Shown: positions 9,211 to 18,087 of the stretch, one piece after another
How the letters are laid out: each line of letters begins with the position of its first letter
How positions within the stretch are numbered: position 1 is the first letter of the stretch
Assembly (NCBI RefSeq): GCF_900187275.1
Contig: NZ_LT906458.1
Span: 600,001 to 632,000 of the forward strand
Length of the DNA stretch: 32,000 nucleotides
Source: Pasteurella multocida
GTDB taxonomy: Bacteria > Pseudomonadota > Gammaproteobacteria > Enterobacterales > Pasteurellaceae
Direction: 5' to 3'
Position numbers and translations under genes: made by a program
Notes under the pieces: model-generated
Seen by the model: only the letters and a program-made list of their open reading frames with translations
What the model was told of the DNA's origin: nothing
The model's database searches: none

Positions 9211-10890
9211 ATGTTTATCACCATCGTCACGTTTCTCCTCGTAACGGGAATTGTGGCATTTATTTCATGGAAAAAAACCAAAAATGATGATTTAAGCACG
9301 TCTAAAGGTTATTTCTTAGCTGGACGGGGATTAAGTGGTCTCGTTATTGGTTGTTCAATGGTATTAACATCATTATCAACGGAGCAATTAATTGGTGTTA
9401 ACGCTGTTTCTTATAAAGGTAATTTCTCAATTATTGCTTGGACAGTGCAATCTGTTATTCCATTATGTTTCTTAGCACTTTATTTATTGCCTAAATATAT
9501 CAAAAACGGTTATACCACTATTCCAGAATTTTTTGAGAATCGTTTTGACCGTCAAACGCGCTTAATTATGTCTGCGCTCTTTTTGGTATTTTATCTCTTT
9601 ATTGTTATTCCAACCGCACTTTATACGGGAGCGATTGCTTTTAATAAAATTTTTAATTTAGAGACCGTTTTTGGAATTAGCTATGGTCAATCAATTGTTT
9701 ATACAGTAATCGCAATTGGTGTGGTCGGCGCAATTTATGCTATTTTTGGTGGTTTAAAAGCAGTTGCGGTATCAGATACAGTAAATGCGGTGCTTTTAGT
9801 CGTGGGTGCATTATTAGTCCCAATCTTCGCCTTAATTCATTTAGGTGATGGTAGTATCGCCGCAGGTTTTAAAACGATCACAACAACACATGTGGAAAAA
9901 TTCAATGCGATTGGTGGTGCAGAAGATGCAGTACCTTGGCCAGCGATTTTTACAGGTATTTTGATTGTGAATTTCTTCTATTGGACCACGAATCAAGCGA
10001 TTGTACAACGTGCGTTAGGGGCGCGAGATTTAAAATCAGGTCAAAAAGGGATTCTCCTTGCTGCATTATTCCTCTTAACATTACCATTAATTCTTAATTT
10101 ACCGGGCTTATTAAGTTTCCATATTCTTGGCGAAGGGCTAAATCCTATTGATACCTCTTATCCAGCCTTAGTCAATCGTGTATTACCAACTTTCTTACAA
10201 GGTTTCTTCATTGCAGCATTATTTGGCGCAATTTTGAGTACATTTAACTCTTTCTTAAACTCTGCTGCAACGATTTATTGTAAGGACTTATTACCGTCAA
10301 TCAGTAAAAAACAACGCACAGAAAAAGAACTAATTTTGCATGCGAAAAAAGTCTCTGCGATTATGGCAGTATTGACAATGATTATTGGTCCTTTATTAAT
10401 GTTCGGTACAGACGGGATTTTCTTATTAACCAAACGCTTTGCAGGTTTTGTAAACATTCCAATTGTGGCGTTATTTGCAGTCGGTTTATTTAATAAAACA
10501 GTTTCAGGTTTAGCAGCTCGTATTGCTTTATTGTTACATGTTATTTTATATTTCTCTATCGTTTGGGTGTTCCAAGTGAAAGTCAATTTCGTGTACGTAA
10601 TGGCAGCATTGTTCGTCTTTGATGTCGTTGTGATGCTAGTATTAGGTCAATTCTTAAAACGCGAACCATACGAAGAAAGTAAAGAAAATAAAGAAGGTGT
10701 TGATTTAACCAACTGGGAACATGCTCGTGTCACCGTGGCATCATTAGTGTTAGGTTTGATTTCCTTACACGTCTTACTTTCGCCACTCGGTTTAGCTTCA
10801 ACAGAAGGTCAACCACTCTTAATTTTAGGTATTTATGCGATCTTACAAGTGATTTTCCTATTTGTATTTCGCAGTAAAAAAGAGGTTTAA
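9211..10890 (+). CDS. Sodium:solute symporter (SSS/SLC5 family; YidK-like context)
   Basis: A 559-aa protein with about 13-14 hydrophobic segments and an SSS-type N-terminal region ([10 protein letters not shown]..., ..[10 protein letters not shown]). Strong SD aaggagg. The next gene starts 4 nt after its stop. Confidence 0.85.
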   Translation: MFITIVTFLLVTGIVAFISWKKTKNDDLSTSKGYFLAGRGLSGLVIGCSMVLTSLSTEQLIGVNAVSYKGNFSIIAWTVQSVIPLCFLALYLLPKYIKNGYTTIPEFFENRFDRQTRLIMSALFLVFYLFIVIPTALYTGAIAFNKIFNLETVFGISYGQSIVYTVIAIGVVGAIYAIFGGLKAVAVSDTVNAVLLVVGALLVPIFALIHLGDGSIAAGFKTITTTHVEKFNAIGGAEDAVPWPAIFTGILIVNFFYWTTNQAIVQRALGARDLKSGQKGILLAALFLLTLPLILNLPGLLSFHILGEGLNPIDTSYPALVNRVLPTFLQGFFIAALFGAILSTFNSFLNSAATIYCKDLLPSISKKQRTEKELILHAKKVSAIMAVLTMIIGPLLMFGTDGIFLLTKRFAGFVNIPIVALFAVGLFNKTVSGLAARIALLLHVILYFSIVWVFQVKVNFVYVMAALFVFDVVVMLVLGQFLKREPYEESKENKEGVDLTNWEHARVTVASLVLGLISLHVLLSPLGLASTEGQPLLILGIYAILQVIFLFVFRSKKEV

Positions 10891-10893
10891 ATA

Positions 10894-12339
10894 ATGAATA
10901 TTGTCTATATTCTCTTAGATCAAGTAAGGAAAGATATGCTTGGTGCTTACGGGCACCAAGTAGTTAAAACACCGAATATTGATAGACTTGCACAAGATGG
11001 TATTCGGTTTAATAATGCTTTTACGCCAGCTTCGGTTTGTGGACCTGCACGTACTTCTTTATTTACGGGATTAATGCCATCTTCACATGGCATTATCAAA
11101 AATGGAGAAAAAGGCGGAACTGGAGAAATTAGTCAACAAGCGCCCAATATTGCTAAATTAGCAGGCTATAATACTTATGTTGTGGGTAAATGGCATGTCG
11201 GAACCAAATCTGTGCCTGAAGATTATGATATCAAGGGACATAATTTTGATGGTTATGGTTATCCTGGAAGTGGCGTATATAAAAATTTGGTTTTCAATCA
11301 ACCGCCTACACATTCTAACCGTTATAAAGAATGGTTAGAGGAAAAAGGCTTTGAATTTCCTGAAGTAAGCAAAGCGTATTTTGGCGATAATCCGCATTTA
11401 CGGGTACAAGAACTTTGTGGTTTTTTATCAGGGACGAAAGAACAAACCATTCCTTATTTCATCATTGATGAGGCGAAAAGATATATCCAAGAATCACTAG
11501 AGGAAAACAAGCCTTTCTTTACTTGGATTAACTTTTGGGGACCTCATACCCCTTGTATTGTGCCTGAACCATATTATTCGATGTATAGCAAAGATGATGT
11601 TGTATTGGATGAAAGTTTCTTTAAACCACTAGAAGGTAAACCGGGTCATTTCCGCACCATTTCTAAAATGTGGGGAATGTGGGAAGCAAGTGAAGATCAT
11701 TGGAAAGAAGTGATCACAAAATTCTGGGGCTATATTACTTTAATTGATGATGCGATTGGCGAGTTATTTGCTTTTCTTGAACAACACAATTTATATGAAA
11801 GCACCTTCTTAGTTGCTACGGCTGACCATGGTGATGCAATGGGCGCACATCGAATGATTGAAAAAGGGGAGTTCATGTTTGATACGACCTACAACATTCC
11901 TTTAATTATCAAAGATCCAAAATCGAGTCGCGTCAATGAACAAGATGATAACTTAGTTTATTTACATGATTTAACCTCTACTGTTTATGACATTGCAGAG
12001 CAAAAAATTCCAACCGAATTCCAAGGGGAAACGTTACTACCGATCACGCGTGAAAAACAACAAAATGACCGAAAAGGGATTTTAGCGCAACTTGCAGGGC
12101 ATTTTGTGTATTTTGAACAACGGATGTGGCGTCGTAAAGATTATAAATTGGTTTTTAATGCCACCGATGTGTGTGAACTTTACGATGTTCGTCGCGATCC
12201 GGAAGAAATGCACAATTTATTCTACGATGAACGTTATAAGGACGTAAAAAAAGAAATGCTTGAAGAAATGCGTGTGGAGATGAAACGCTTGGGTGATCCA
12301 TTGGAAAATTGGGTTTACCGAATTATTGATGAAATCTAA
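10894..12339 (+). CDS. Cys-type sulfatase, apparently cytoplasmic (no signal peptide)
   Basis: Sulfatase signature SVCGPARTSLFTGL (C-x-P-x-R, the formylglycine site), an N-terminal metal ligand region ILLDQVRKD and ATADHGDAMG. The protein begins directly with the catalytic core. Confidence 0.9.
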   Translation: MNIVYILLDQVRKDMLGAYGHQVVKTPNIDRLAQDGIRFNNAFTPASVCGPARTSLFTGLMPSSHGIIKNGEKGGTGEISQQAPNIAKLAGYNTYVVGKWHVGTKSVPEDYDIKGHNFDGYGYPGSGVYKNLVFNQPPTHSNRYKEWLEEKGFEFPEVSKAYFGDNPHLRVQELCGFLSGTKEQTIPYFIIDEAKRYIQESLEENKPFFTWINFWGPHTPCIVPEPYYSMYSKDDVVLDESFFKPLEGKPGHFRTISKMWGMWEASEDHWKEVITKFWGYITLIDDAIGELFAFLEQHNLYESTFLVATADHGDAMGAHRMIEKGEFMFDTTYNIPLIIKDPKSSRVNEQDDNLVYLHDLTSTVYDIAEQKIPTEFQGETLLPITREKQQNDRKGILAQLAGHFVYFEQRMWRRKDYKLVFNATDVCELYDVRRDPEEMHNLFYDERYKDVKKEMLEEMRVEMKRLGDPLENWVYRIIDEI

Positions 12340-12344
12340 TCGCT

Positions 12345-12375
12345 GAAAGGCGACATAGGTTCGCCTTTCTTTTCT
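12345..12375 (+). terminator. Rho-independent terminator after the sulfatase gene
   Basis: gaaaggcga (12345-12353) pairs with tcgcctttc (12361-12369), a 9-bp stem around a 7-nt loop, followed by ttttct. Confidence 0.75.
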
Positions 12376-12393
12376 CCTCTGATTCACGTAAGG

Positions 12394-12440
12394 TAATGAG
12401 GTTAACGTTTTTTAGTGTTTTTTAAGCGTTAACCTCATTA
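12394..12440. promoter_or_regulatory. Perfect 14-bp inverted repeat upstream of the Crp/Fnr-family regulator gene
   Basis: taatgaggttaacg (12394-12407) and cgttaacctcatta (12427-12440) are separated by a 19-nt T-rich spacer, 50 bp upstream of ATG 12490. Confidence 0.5.
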
Positions 12441-12489
12441 TCTTGAAAGATTTAACCATGAAAAATAAATATCACATAAGAAGGAATAT

Positions 12490-13083
12490 ATGGACACGTC
12501 AATTGGACCAACCAATTTGCAGCATTGCCAACTGACTTATTTACATCAATTAGCTAAAGGGATGACGGTTTATCAACAAGGCGAGGTTGCACAAGAGTTT
12601 TATTTTGTCAAAGAAGGGCTAGTCGGTTTATATCATACTTTAGATAATGGTAAAGAGAGCTTAGTTCGCTTATATCGTCAGGGAGACTATTTTGGTTTTC
12701 GTACTTTGTTTGGATTAGGTGACAGTCGTTATCACTGTAGCGCAAAGATCTTAATTGAAGCAGAAGTTATTCGAATCAAGCCAGAAAACATCGATCTATT
12801 TTTCTTACATAATTTACAACTAAGCAAAGTCTTACTCCAAACGCTTGCCAATGAATTACGGGATGCTGAGCAACGATTAGCGAAAAGTGCCTATTTACGT
12901 ACTTTAGATCGTGTCATTGATAGTATGTGTTTTTTAACAAGTAATTTTCCGTATTATAACTGGACTTATCGAGAAATCGCCGAATACGCAGGTTGTGAAA
13001 CAGAAACCGCCATTCGTATTGCAAAAGAATTAAGGCAAAATGGCTTATTTACTGAATTATTACCTCATCACAAGGGAAAATAA
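12490..13083 (+). CDS. Crp/Fnr-family transcriptional regulator (cNMP-binding-like domain plus C-terminal HTH)
   Basis: Beta-roll region FYFVKEGLVGLY...GKE..VRLYRQGDYFGFR and C-terminal HTH YREIAEYAGCETETAIRIAKELRQNGL. There is no FNR-type N-terminal cysteine cluster. Confidence 0.8.
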   Translation: MDTSIGPTNLQHCQLTYLHQLAKGMTVYQQGEVAQEFYFVKEGLVGLYHTLDNGKESLVRLYRQGDYFGFRTLFGLGDSRYHCSAKILIEAEVIRIKPENIDLFFLHNLQLSKVLLQTLANELRDAEQRLAKSAYLRTLDRVIDSMCFLTSNFPYYNWTYREIAEYAGCETETAIRIAKELRQNGLFTELLPHHKGK

Positions 13084-13095
13084 AAGGCGTGTAGT

Positions 13096-14229
13096 ATGGC
13101 ATTTTTCTCACCTAAAACGAATTTCCATTTGATGGCAAAACCAAGTAGTTTTCATTGTAATATTCAATGTGAATATTGTTTTTACCTAGAAAAAGAGCAC
13201 AGTTTTGGTTCAAAAGCCCCCTTCATGTCAGAACAAACGTTACGTAATTATGTGAAGAATTACATTGAATCACATGCAGGGCAACGCGTGGAATTTGCTT
13301 GGCAAGGGGGAGAACCGACCTTATTAGGTTTAGATTTCTTCAAAAGAGCGGTCAGTTTTCAACAAGAATTTGCGAATGGTAAAACCATTACTAATGCCTT
13401 TCAAACTAACGGTATTGCCCTTAATCGCCAATGGGCAGCCTTTTTCAAACAACATCAGTTTTTAATTGGTTTATCTGTTGATGGACTCAGTGCCGTACAT
13501 AATCGTTACCGTATTACGAGTAACGGACAACCGACCTTTGATCGTGTAGTAAAAGCCTTAGCCTTATTAAAAGAATATCAAGTCGATTTTAATACCTTGA
13601 CGGTCGTTAATGATCAAAATTGGCATAAAGGAAAAGAAACTTATCTGGCTTTAAAAGCGTTAGGCTCTACCTTCATGCAGTTTATTCCTATTGTGGAACA
13701 GCATGCTGACCATCTACAGACATTCTCTGTTCCCTCGGAAGGTTACGGACATTTTTTGGTAGATGTGTTTAATGAATGGAAAAAACAAGATGTTGGACGT
13801 ATTTTCGTTTTGGAGTTTGATAATCTGCTAGGGCAATGGTTAGGTTATCCTTCTAGTAGTTGTATTCATCAGCCAACTTGTGGTAAATCGCTGGTTGTAG
13901 AAGCGAATGGCGATGTGTATTCTTGTGATCATTTTGTTTATCCCGAATATAAAATAGGTAACCTTAATCACGCCTCCCTTGCAGAACTTGTTCAATCGCC
14001 TAAACAATCTCATTTTGGTTTTGCGAAACAAGGTCAATTGACCCAAATTTGTCGCCAATGTGAATTCAAATCCTTTTGTCATGGGGGGTGTCCTAAGCAC
14101 CGAATTTCCTCAGTAGAAGGGGAGCATTTTAAGCACAATTATTTGTGTGCTTCTTATCAATATTTTTTCCGTCAGACAGCAGAAGACATGCAACAGATGA
14201 GCAATCAGATTCGTTTTGCTAAAACATAA
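13096..14229 (+). CDS. Anaerobic sulfatase-maturating enzyme (radical SAM with SPASM domain; AslB/ChuR/YdeM type)
   Basis: CNIQCEYC is the CX3CX2C radical-SAM cluster. C-terminal auxiliary-cluster cysteines occur in CGKSLVVEANGDVYSCDHF and CRQCEFKSFCHGGCPKHR. A Cys-type sulfatase gene is adjacent. Confidence 0.85.
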   Translation: MAFFSPKTNFHLMAKPSSFHCNIQCEYCFYLEKEHSFGSKAPFMSEQTLRNYVKNYIESHAGQRVEFAWQGGEPTLLGLDFFKRAVSFQQEFANGKTITNAFQTNGIALNRQWAAFFKQHQFLIGLSVDGLSAVHNRYRITSNGQPTFDRVVKALALLKEYQVDFNTLTVVNDQNWHKGKETYLALKALGSTFMQFIPIVEQHADHLQTFSVPSEGYGHFLVDVFNEWKKQDVGRIFVLEFDNLLGQWLGYPSSSCIHQPTCGKSLVVEANGDVYSCDHFVYPEYKIGNLNHASLAELVQSPKQSHFGFAKQGQLTQICRQCEFKSFCHGGCPKHRISSVEGEHFKHNYLCASYQYFFRQTAEDMQQMSNQIRFAKT

Positions 14230-14250
14230 TAAAAAATGAAGGAGTCAATC

Positions 14251-15075
14251 ATGATCCAATATAAAAAGATTAAGCAAATTAGCCCTGAATTAACTTTATC
14301 TTACTATAACCAAATTCCCGTTTTAGAATTAAATCATCCTCATTTGGGAGAGGCTAAAGTTGCATTACAAGGTGCACAATTATTAAGCTGGAAACCTAAA
14401 AGTGAACAACAAGACATATTATGGTTAAGCCCAATAGAACCTTTTTTGCTCGGGCAAGCGATTCGCGGTGGGATACCTATTTGTTACCCTTGGTTTGGTG
14501 CAACGAAAAAGCCAATACATGGGACTGCTCGTTTAGCGTTATGGAAACTGGGCCATTTTGATATTGATATTGAACACGCTTGTATTGAGTTAGTGTTGTT
14601 AGACCAACAACATATTGTTGAAGCCAAAGTTGTGATGTTGTTTAGTGAAAAGTGCGAACTTATTTTTACGCATTATGGTAAACAAGCAGCACAAGCGGCA
14701 TTCCATACTTATTTTCATGTGGGCAATATTGAGCAAGTTGAGATAATGCATTTACCAACGGTTTGTTTCAACGCAGTGACACAACAACAAGAACAGGTGC
14801 CATCTTCTCGTCGTATTACACAACATACTGATTGTATTTATACGCTAGAAGCACCAACAAATTATATTCTCGATCATCAATTTAATCGCCAAATTGAAGT
14901 CACACATCAAAATGCGACAGAAACGGTTTTATGGAATCCATGGCATAGCGTCATGAGTGCAATGCAAGAGCAAGATTATCAAAATATGCTTTGTCTTGAA
15001 ACAGCTCGAATCTATCAGCTTTTGCATTTTGGTGAATCAATCCGTGTGACCTTAGCAAGGAAAAAATCAAACTAG
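14251..15075 (+). CDS. Aldose 1-epimerase-family protein, YeaD-like (hexose-6-phosphate mutarotase type)
   Basis: The motif GGIPICYPWFG and the overall length fit the YeaD / glucose-6-phosphate 1-epimerase family. I prefer ATG 14251 (GGAG at 14241-14244, 6-nt spacing) over the ORF-track start 14236. Confidence 0.7.
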   Translation: MIQYKKIKQISPELTLSYYNQIPVLELNHPHLGEAKVALQGAQLLSWKPKSEQQDILWLSPIEPFLLGQAIRGGIPICYPWFGATKKPIHGTARLALWKLGHFDIDIEHACIELVLLDQQHIVEAKVVMLFSEKCELIFTHYGKQAAQAAFHTYFHVGNIEQVEIMHLPTVCFNAVTQQQEQVPSSRRITQHTDCIYTLEAPTNYILDHQFNRQIEVTHQNATETVLWNPWHSVMSAMQEQDYQNMLCLETARIYQLLHFGESIRVTLARKKSN

Positions 15076-15080
15076 GGTTG

Positions 15081-15109
15081 TTGCATAAATACTTAAAATA
15101 CAGTAGAAT
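15081..15109 (+). promoter_or_regulatory. infC promoter candidate
   Basis: TTGCAT (15081-15086), a 17-bp spacer, then TAGAAT (15104-15109), about 90 bp upstream of the infC start. A small hairpin, ttgttc-tttta-gaacaa at 15121-15137, lies in the leader. Confidence 0.6.
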
Positions 15110-15197
15110 TTCGTTCGTTTTTGTTCTTTTAGAACAACATAGACTTTTCTTCTGCTAAGCAGATGAACGCAAGATAAACTAATAGAGGAATACGACT

Positions 15198-15740
15198 ATT
15201 AAAACCGTAAAAAAAGCACCCGTAGCTAACCGTCCGAATCGCATTAATGATGAGATTCGAGTAAAAGAAGTTCGTTTGATTGACCAAGATGGCGAACAAG
15301 CAGGTATTGTATCAATTCAACAAGCCTTAGAAATGGCTGAGCAAGCAGAATTAGATCTTGTTGAGATTAGTCCAAACGCAGAGCCACCAGTGTGTCGCAT
15401 TATGAATTACGGTAAATTCCTATATGAAAAAGGAAAAGCGGCAAAAGAGCAGAAGAAAAAACAAAAAGTTGTTCAAGTGAAGGAAATTAAATTCCGTCCG
15501 GGTACAGATGAAGGCGACTATCAAGTGAAATTACGCAGCCTGATTCGTTTCTTGGAAGAGGGCGACAAAGCAAAAATTACTGTGCGTTTCCGTGGACGTG
15601 AGATGGCACACCAAGATATCGGGTTAGAAGTGTTAGAGCGCGTGAAAAACGATTTAGCTGAGATCTCCGTCGTTGAGTCCGCCCCTGGCAGACTTGAAGG
15701 CAGACAGGCTGTTATGGTACTTGCCCCGAAAAAGAAATAG
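15198..15740 (+). CDS. infC: Translation initiation factor IF-3, with an AUU start codon
   Basis: The in-frame extension upstream of the ORF-track start reads [34 protein letters not shown], which matches the E. coli IF3 N-terminus pattern (..RPNRINGEIRA.EVRL). ATT at 15198 is preceded by the SD agagga at 15184-15189. This gives 180 codons, the same as E. coli IF3. Confidence 0.92.
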   Translation: MKTVKKAPVANRPNRINDEIRVKEVRLIDQDGEQAGIVSIQQALEMAEQAELDLVEISPNAEPPVCRIMNYGKFLYEKGKAAKEQKKKQKVVQVKEIKFRPGTDEGDYQVKLRSLIRFLEEGDKAKITVRFRGREMAHQDIGLEVLERVKNDLAEISVVESAPGRLEGRQAVMVLAPKKK

Positions 15741-15747
15741 TTTTCTA

Positions 15748-15789
15748 AAAATGCAATCAAAATAACATTGATTGCATTTTTGCTTTTTA
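15748..15789 (+). terminator. Rho-independent terminator immediately after infC
   Basis: A perfect 13-bp stem, aaaatgcaatcaa (15748-15760) pairing with ttgattgcatttt (15768-15780), around a 7-nt loop, followed by tgcttttt. Confidence 0.75.
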
Positions 15790-15933
15790 CCACTTCTCTT
15801 TATATTTAAAGCATAATGAGATTCGCTGTTGTCACTTTGAAGTGCGTTGTTTGAGCGCAAATGGTTTGACAAGCTATGATTGACAGATAAACAGCAAAAT
15901 CTTGCTCAATTTGAAAAAATGATTTGCTAAAGG

Positions 15934-15965
15934 CAGACGAATTCTATAGAATTCGTCTGTTTTTC
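15934..15965 (+). terminator. Second strong terminator-like palindrome in the infC-rpmI spacer
   Basis: cagacgaattcta / tagaattcgtctg (15934-15959) is a perfect 26-nt palindrome followed by tttttc. No ORF lies upstream of it. Confidence 0.65.
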
Positions 15966-16137
15966 GTTATGAAAAACTCAAAATGGATCAGGCAAACTAC
16001 GCAGCCTGATTATTTTAGAGAGAATAGCCTGAAATACGGTTACTCAAAGTAAGAAATATTCAGTGCTTTACAAGTAATCTCTTCGGAAATTCGCCTGAAT
16101 ATCGGTGTTTAACAAAACAATGCGGAGTTATTAAACA

Positions 16138-16335
16138 ATGCCTAAAATTAAAACAGTACGTGGTGCTGCGAAGCGTTTCAAAAAAACAGCTTCTGGCGGT
16201 TTCAAACGTAAACAATCTCACTTACGTCATATTTTGACTAAAAAGACAACTAAGCGTAAACGTCATTTACGTCATAAATCCATGGTTGCGAAAGCAGACC
16301 AAGTTTTAGTAGTAGCGTGCTTACCATACGCATAA
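16138..16335 (+). CDS. rpmI: 50S ribosomal protein L35
   Basis: A 65-aa highly basic protein beginning [17 protein letters not shown], the canonical L35 N-terminus, located between infC and rplT. Confidence 0.95.
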
Positions 16336-16402
16336 GCTGCGTTTTAAGTACAGTCGTACGATTAGTTAAATTTTATTTCAAATTAAGACAATAGGAGATT
16401 AA

Positions 16403-16759
<357 letters not shown>

Positions 16760-16783
16760 TTTAAAGTCAGGTATATTAAGATT

Positions 16784-16808
16784 AGGGCGCGCTCTCGCGT
16801 CCTTTTTT
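16784..16808 (+). terminator. rplT rho-independent terminator
   Basis: agggcgcg (16784-16791) pairs with cgcgtcct (16796-16803), including one G-U pair, around the loop ctct, followed by a T-run. Confidence 0.75.
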
Positions 16809-17457
16809 ATGCCTGTTGTTTAAGGATTCGCAGGTTTATTCGTAATGTATTCACCCATTTCCCTTCTTTCCTCATACACCTCATTCTTATTGCGAAATGA
16901 ATGCTGTTTTACAATGCTGTTTTTTACTTCGTGTTATACGCTTCTAGCATCAAAGGCATGCGATACATTATATTTATTGATACAGCTAAAATAAGTATAC
17001 CTTTATTTTAATACCTCAAAAGAGTTATATATTTATATTCATACCTAAAAAGAGGTATATATTCTTTTCTTCTCTGTTAGTTGGTGAAAATAATTTAACT
17101 CCTCAAAGTGAGTTGTGTGATGATGATATTTTCACCCTTCGATCAATTTAATCCAACGCTTATTCAATAGCGTAGCGTTATATTCTGTTTTATATTTATA
17201 AACACCATCTTAAATTAATATTTTTTATTTTTAAATTATTTGCAAGGTAAGGATTGTCTTAATTTTGTTCTATTTTTTGTTCTATTTTGATTTATATTTA
17301 TTCTTTTAAAATATAAAATAAATAAAAGGCTTGTAATTTGTGGGGTGTTTTTAGTAGAATTCGTTTTGCATTTAATCTTGCAATAGGATTTTGTATTATT
17401 AAATATGTTTAAAGATAAATAATCAGTTGTATAAGTAAGAAGTTTAAGGAGTACTTA

Positions 17458-17849
17458 ATGAATTTATCTAAAATCGCAACAGGGATTGTTGTGTCATTTT
17501 GTTTAGTTACTAGCGCCTATTCTAATAGTTATCAATCTATGAGTTTAAAAGAAAAGGCTGAGATCGAAGAGAAGAAATGCGCTCAAGTTTTAACACGCGT
17601 TTAAATCATTTAAAACGAGATTTAAAACGTGGTCTTGCTACTCAATCCGCTTTAAATGGTTTATTCCAACCTTATTCCGTCGGTAAATTTAATCTCACAG
17701 CAGCCTTTGGTGGTTACCAATCTCAAACTGCCATTGCTATTGGTACAGGTTATCGTTTTAATGAAAGAATTGCCGCAAAAGCGGGAATCGCCAAAAGCGT
17801 GAAAGGTGCCGCGTTATCTTATAACGTTGGTGTGAACTATAAGTTTTAA
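17458..17849 (+). pseudogene. Frameshifted mini trimeric-autotransporter gene (signal peptide plus YadA-type membrane anchor, no passenger domain)
   Basis: ATG 17458 (SD aaggag) encodes the signal peptide MNLSKIATGIVVSFCLVTSAYS and stops at 17602-17604. ORF 17577..17849, in another frame, encodes a typical YadA anchor ([50 protein letters not shown]......YNVGVNYKF). The anchor frame is open from 17562, so a single-nt insertion between 17562 and 17601 would fuse the two. Confidence 0.7.
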
Positions 17850-17920
17850 TCGTAAAAAGGAGTTTAACGAACAACATTAATATTATTTACCTCTAAACTA
17901 TCCCAAATTTATTCAAATAG

Positions 17921-17942
17921 CGCGCTACGTTTTCGTAGCGCG
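17921..17942 (+). terminator. GC-rich hairpin downstream of the autotransporter gene (terminator stem without a U-tract)
   Basis: cgcgctacg (17921-17929) pairs with cgtagcgcg (17934-17942) around the loop tttt, followed only by tt and then gatcc. Confidence 0.45.
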
Positions 17943-18061
17943 TTGATCCATAGTGATATAAATAATATAGTCTCAGCGATATAAATGGGACTTATGGGGA
18001 ATGAATGTTACTTAGTGGGATAGAGAAATTGTAAAAGAGTTTCAGTATGTGAAAAAGATTG

Positions 18062-18087
18062 AGAGGCTATAATCAGCCTCTTTTTTT
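18062..18087. terminator. Bidirectional terminator at the end of the prophage early/middle operon
   Basis: agaggct (18062-18068) pairs with agcctct (18075-18081). T7 follows on the plus strand. On the minus strand the hairpin is followed by caatcttttt. It lies directly after the mor stop codon. Confidence 0.7.

Noticed and set aside
15276-15740. A TTG-initiated 154-aa version of infC from the ORF track.
   Set aside because: It lacks 26 conserved N-terminal residues that are encoded in frame upstream. The AUU start at 15198 with an SD is the supported model.
15521-15872. Minus-strand ORFs 15521..15793 and 15654..15872, overlapping infC and its terminator.
   Set aside because: They are antisense to a highly conserved gene, run through a terminator hairpin and lack an SD.
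17158-17946. Loose similarity between TTATTCAATAGCGTAGCG (about 17160-17177) and TTATTCAAATAGCGCGCTACG...TAGCG (about 17909-17940), flanking the autotransporter remnant. I considered these as direct repeats of a mobile cassette.
   Set aside because: The match is short and gapped, and I cannot align it rigorously by eye. It could equally reflect similar terminator regions of formerly tandem adhesin genes.
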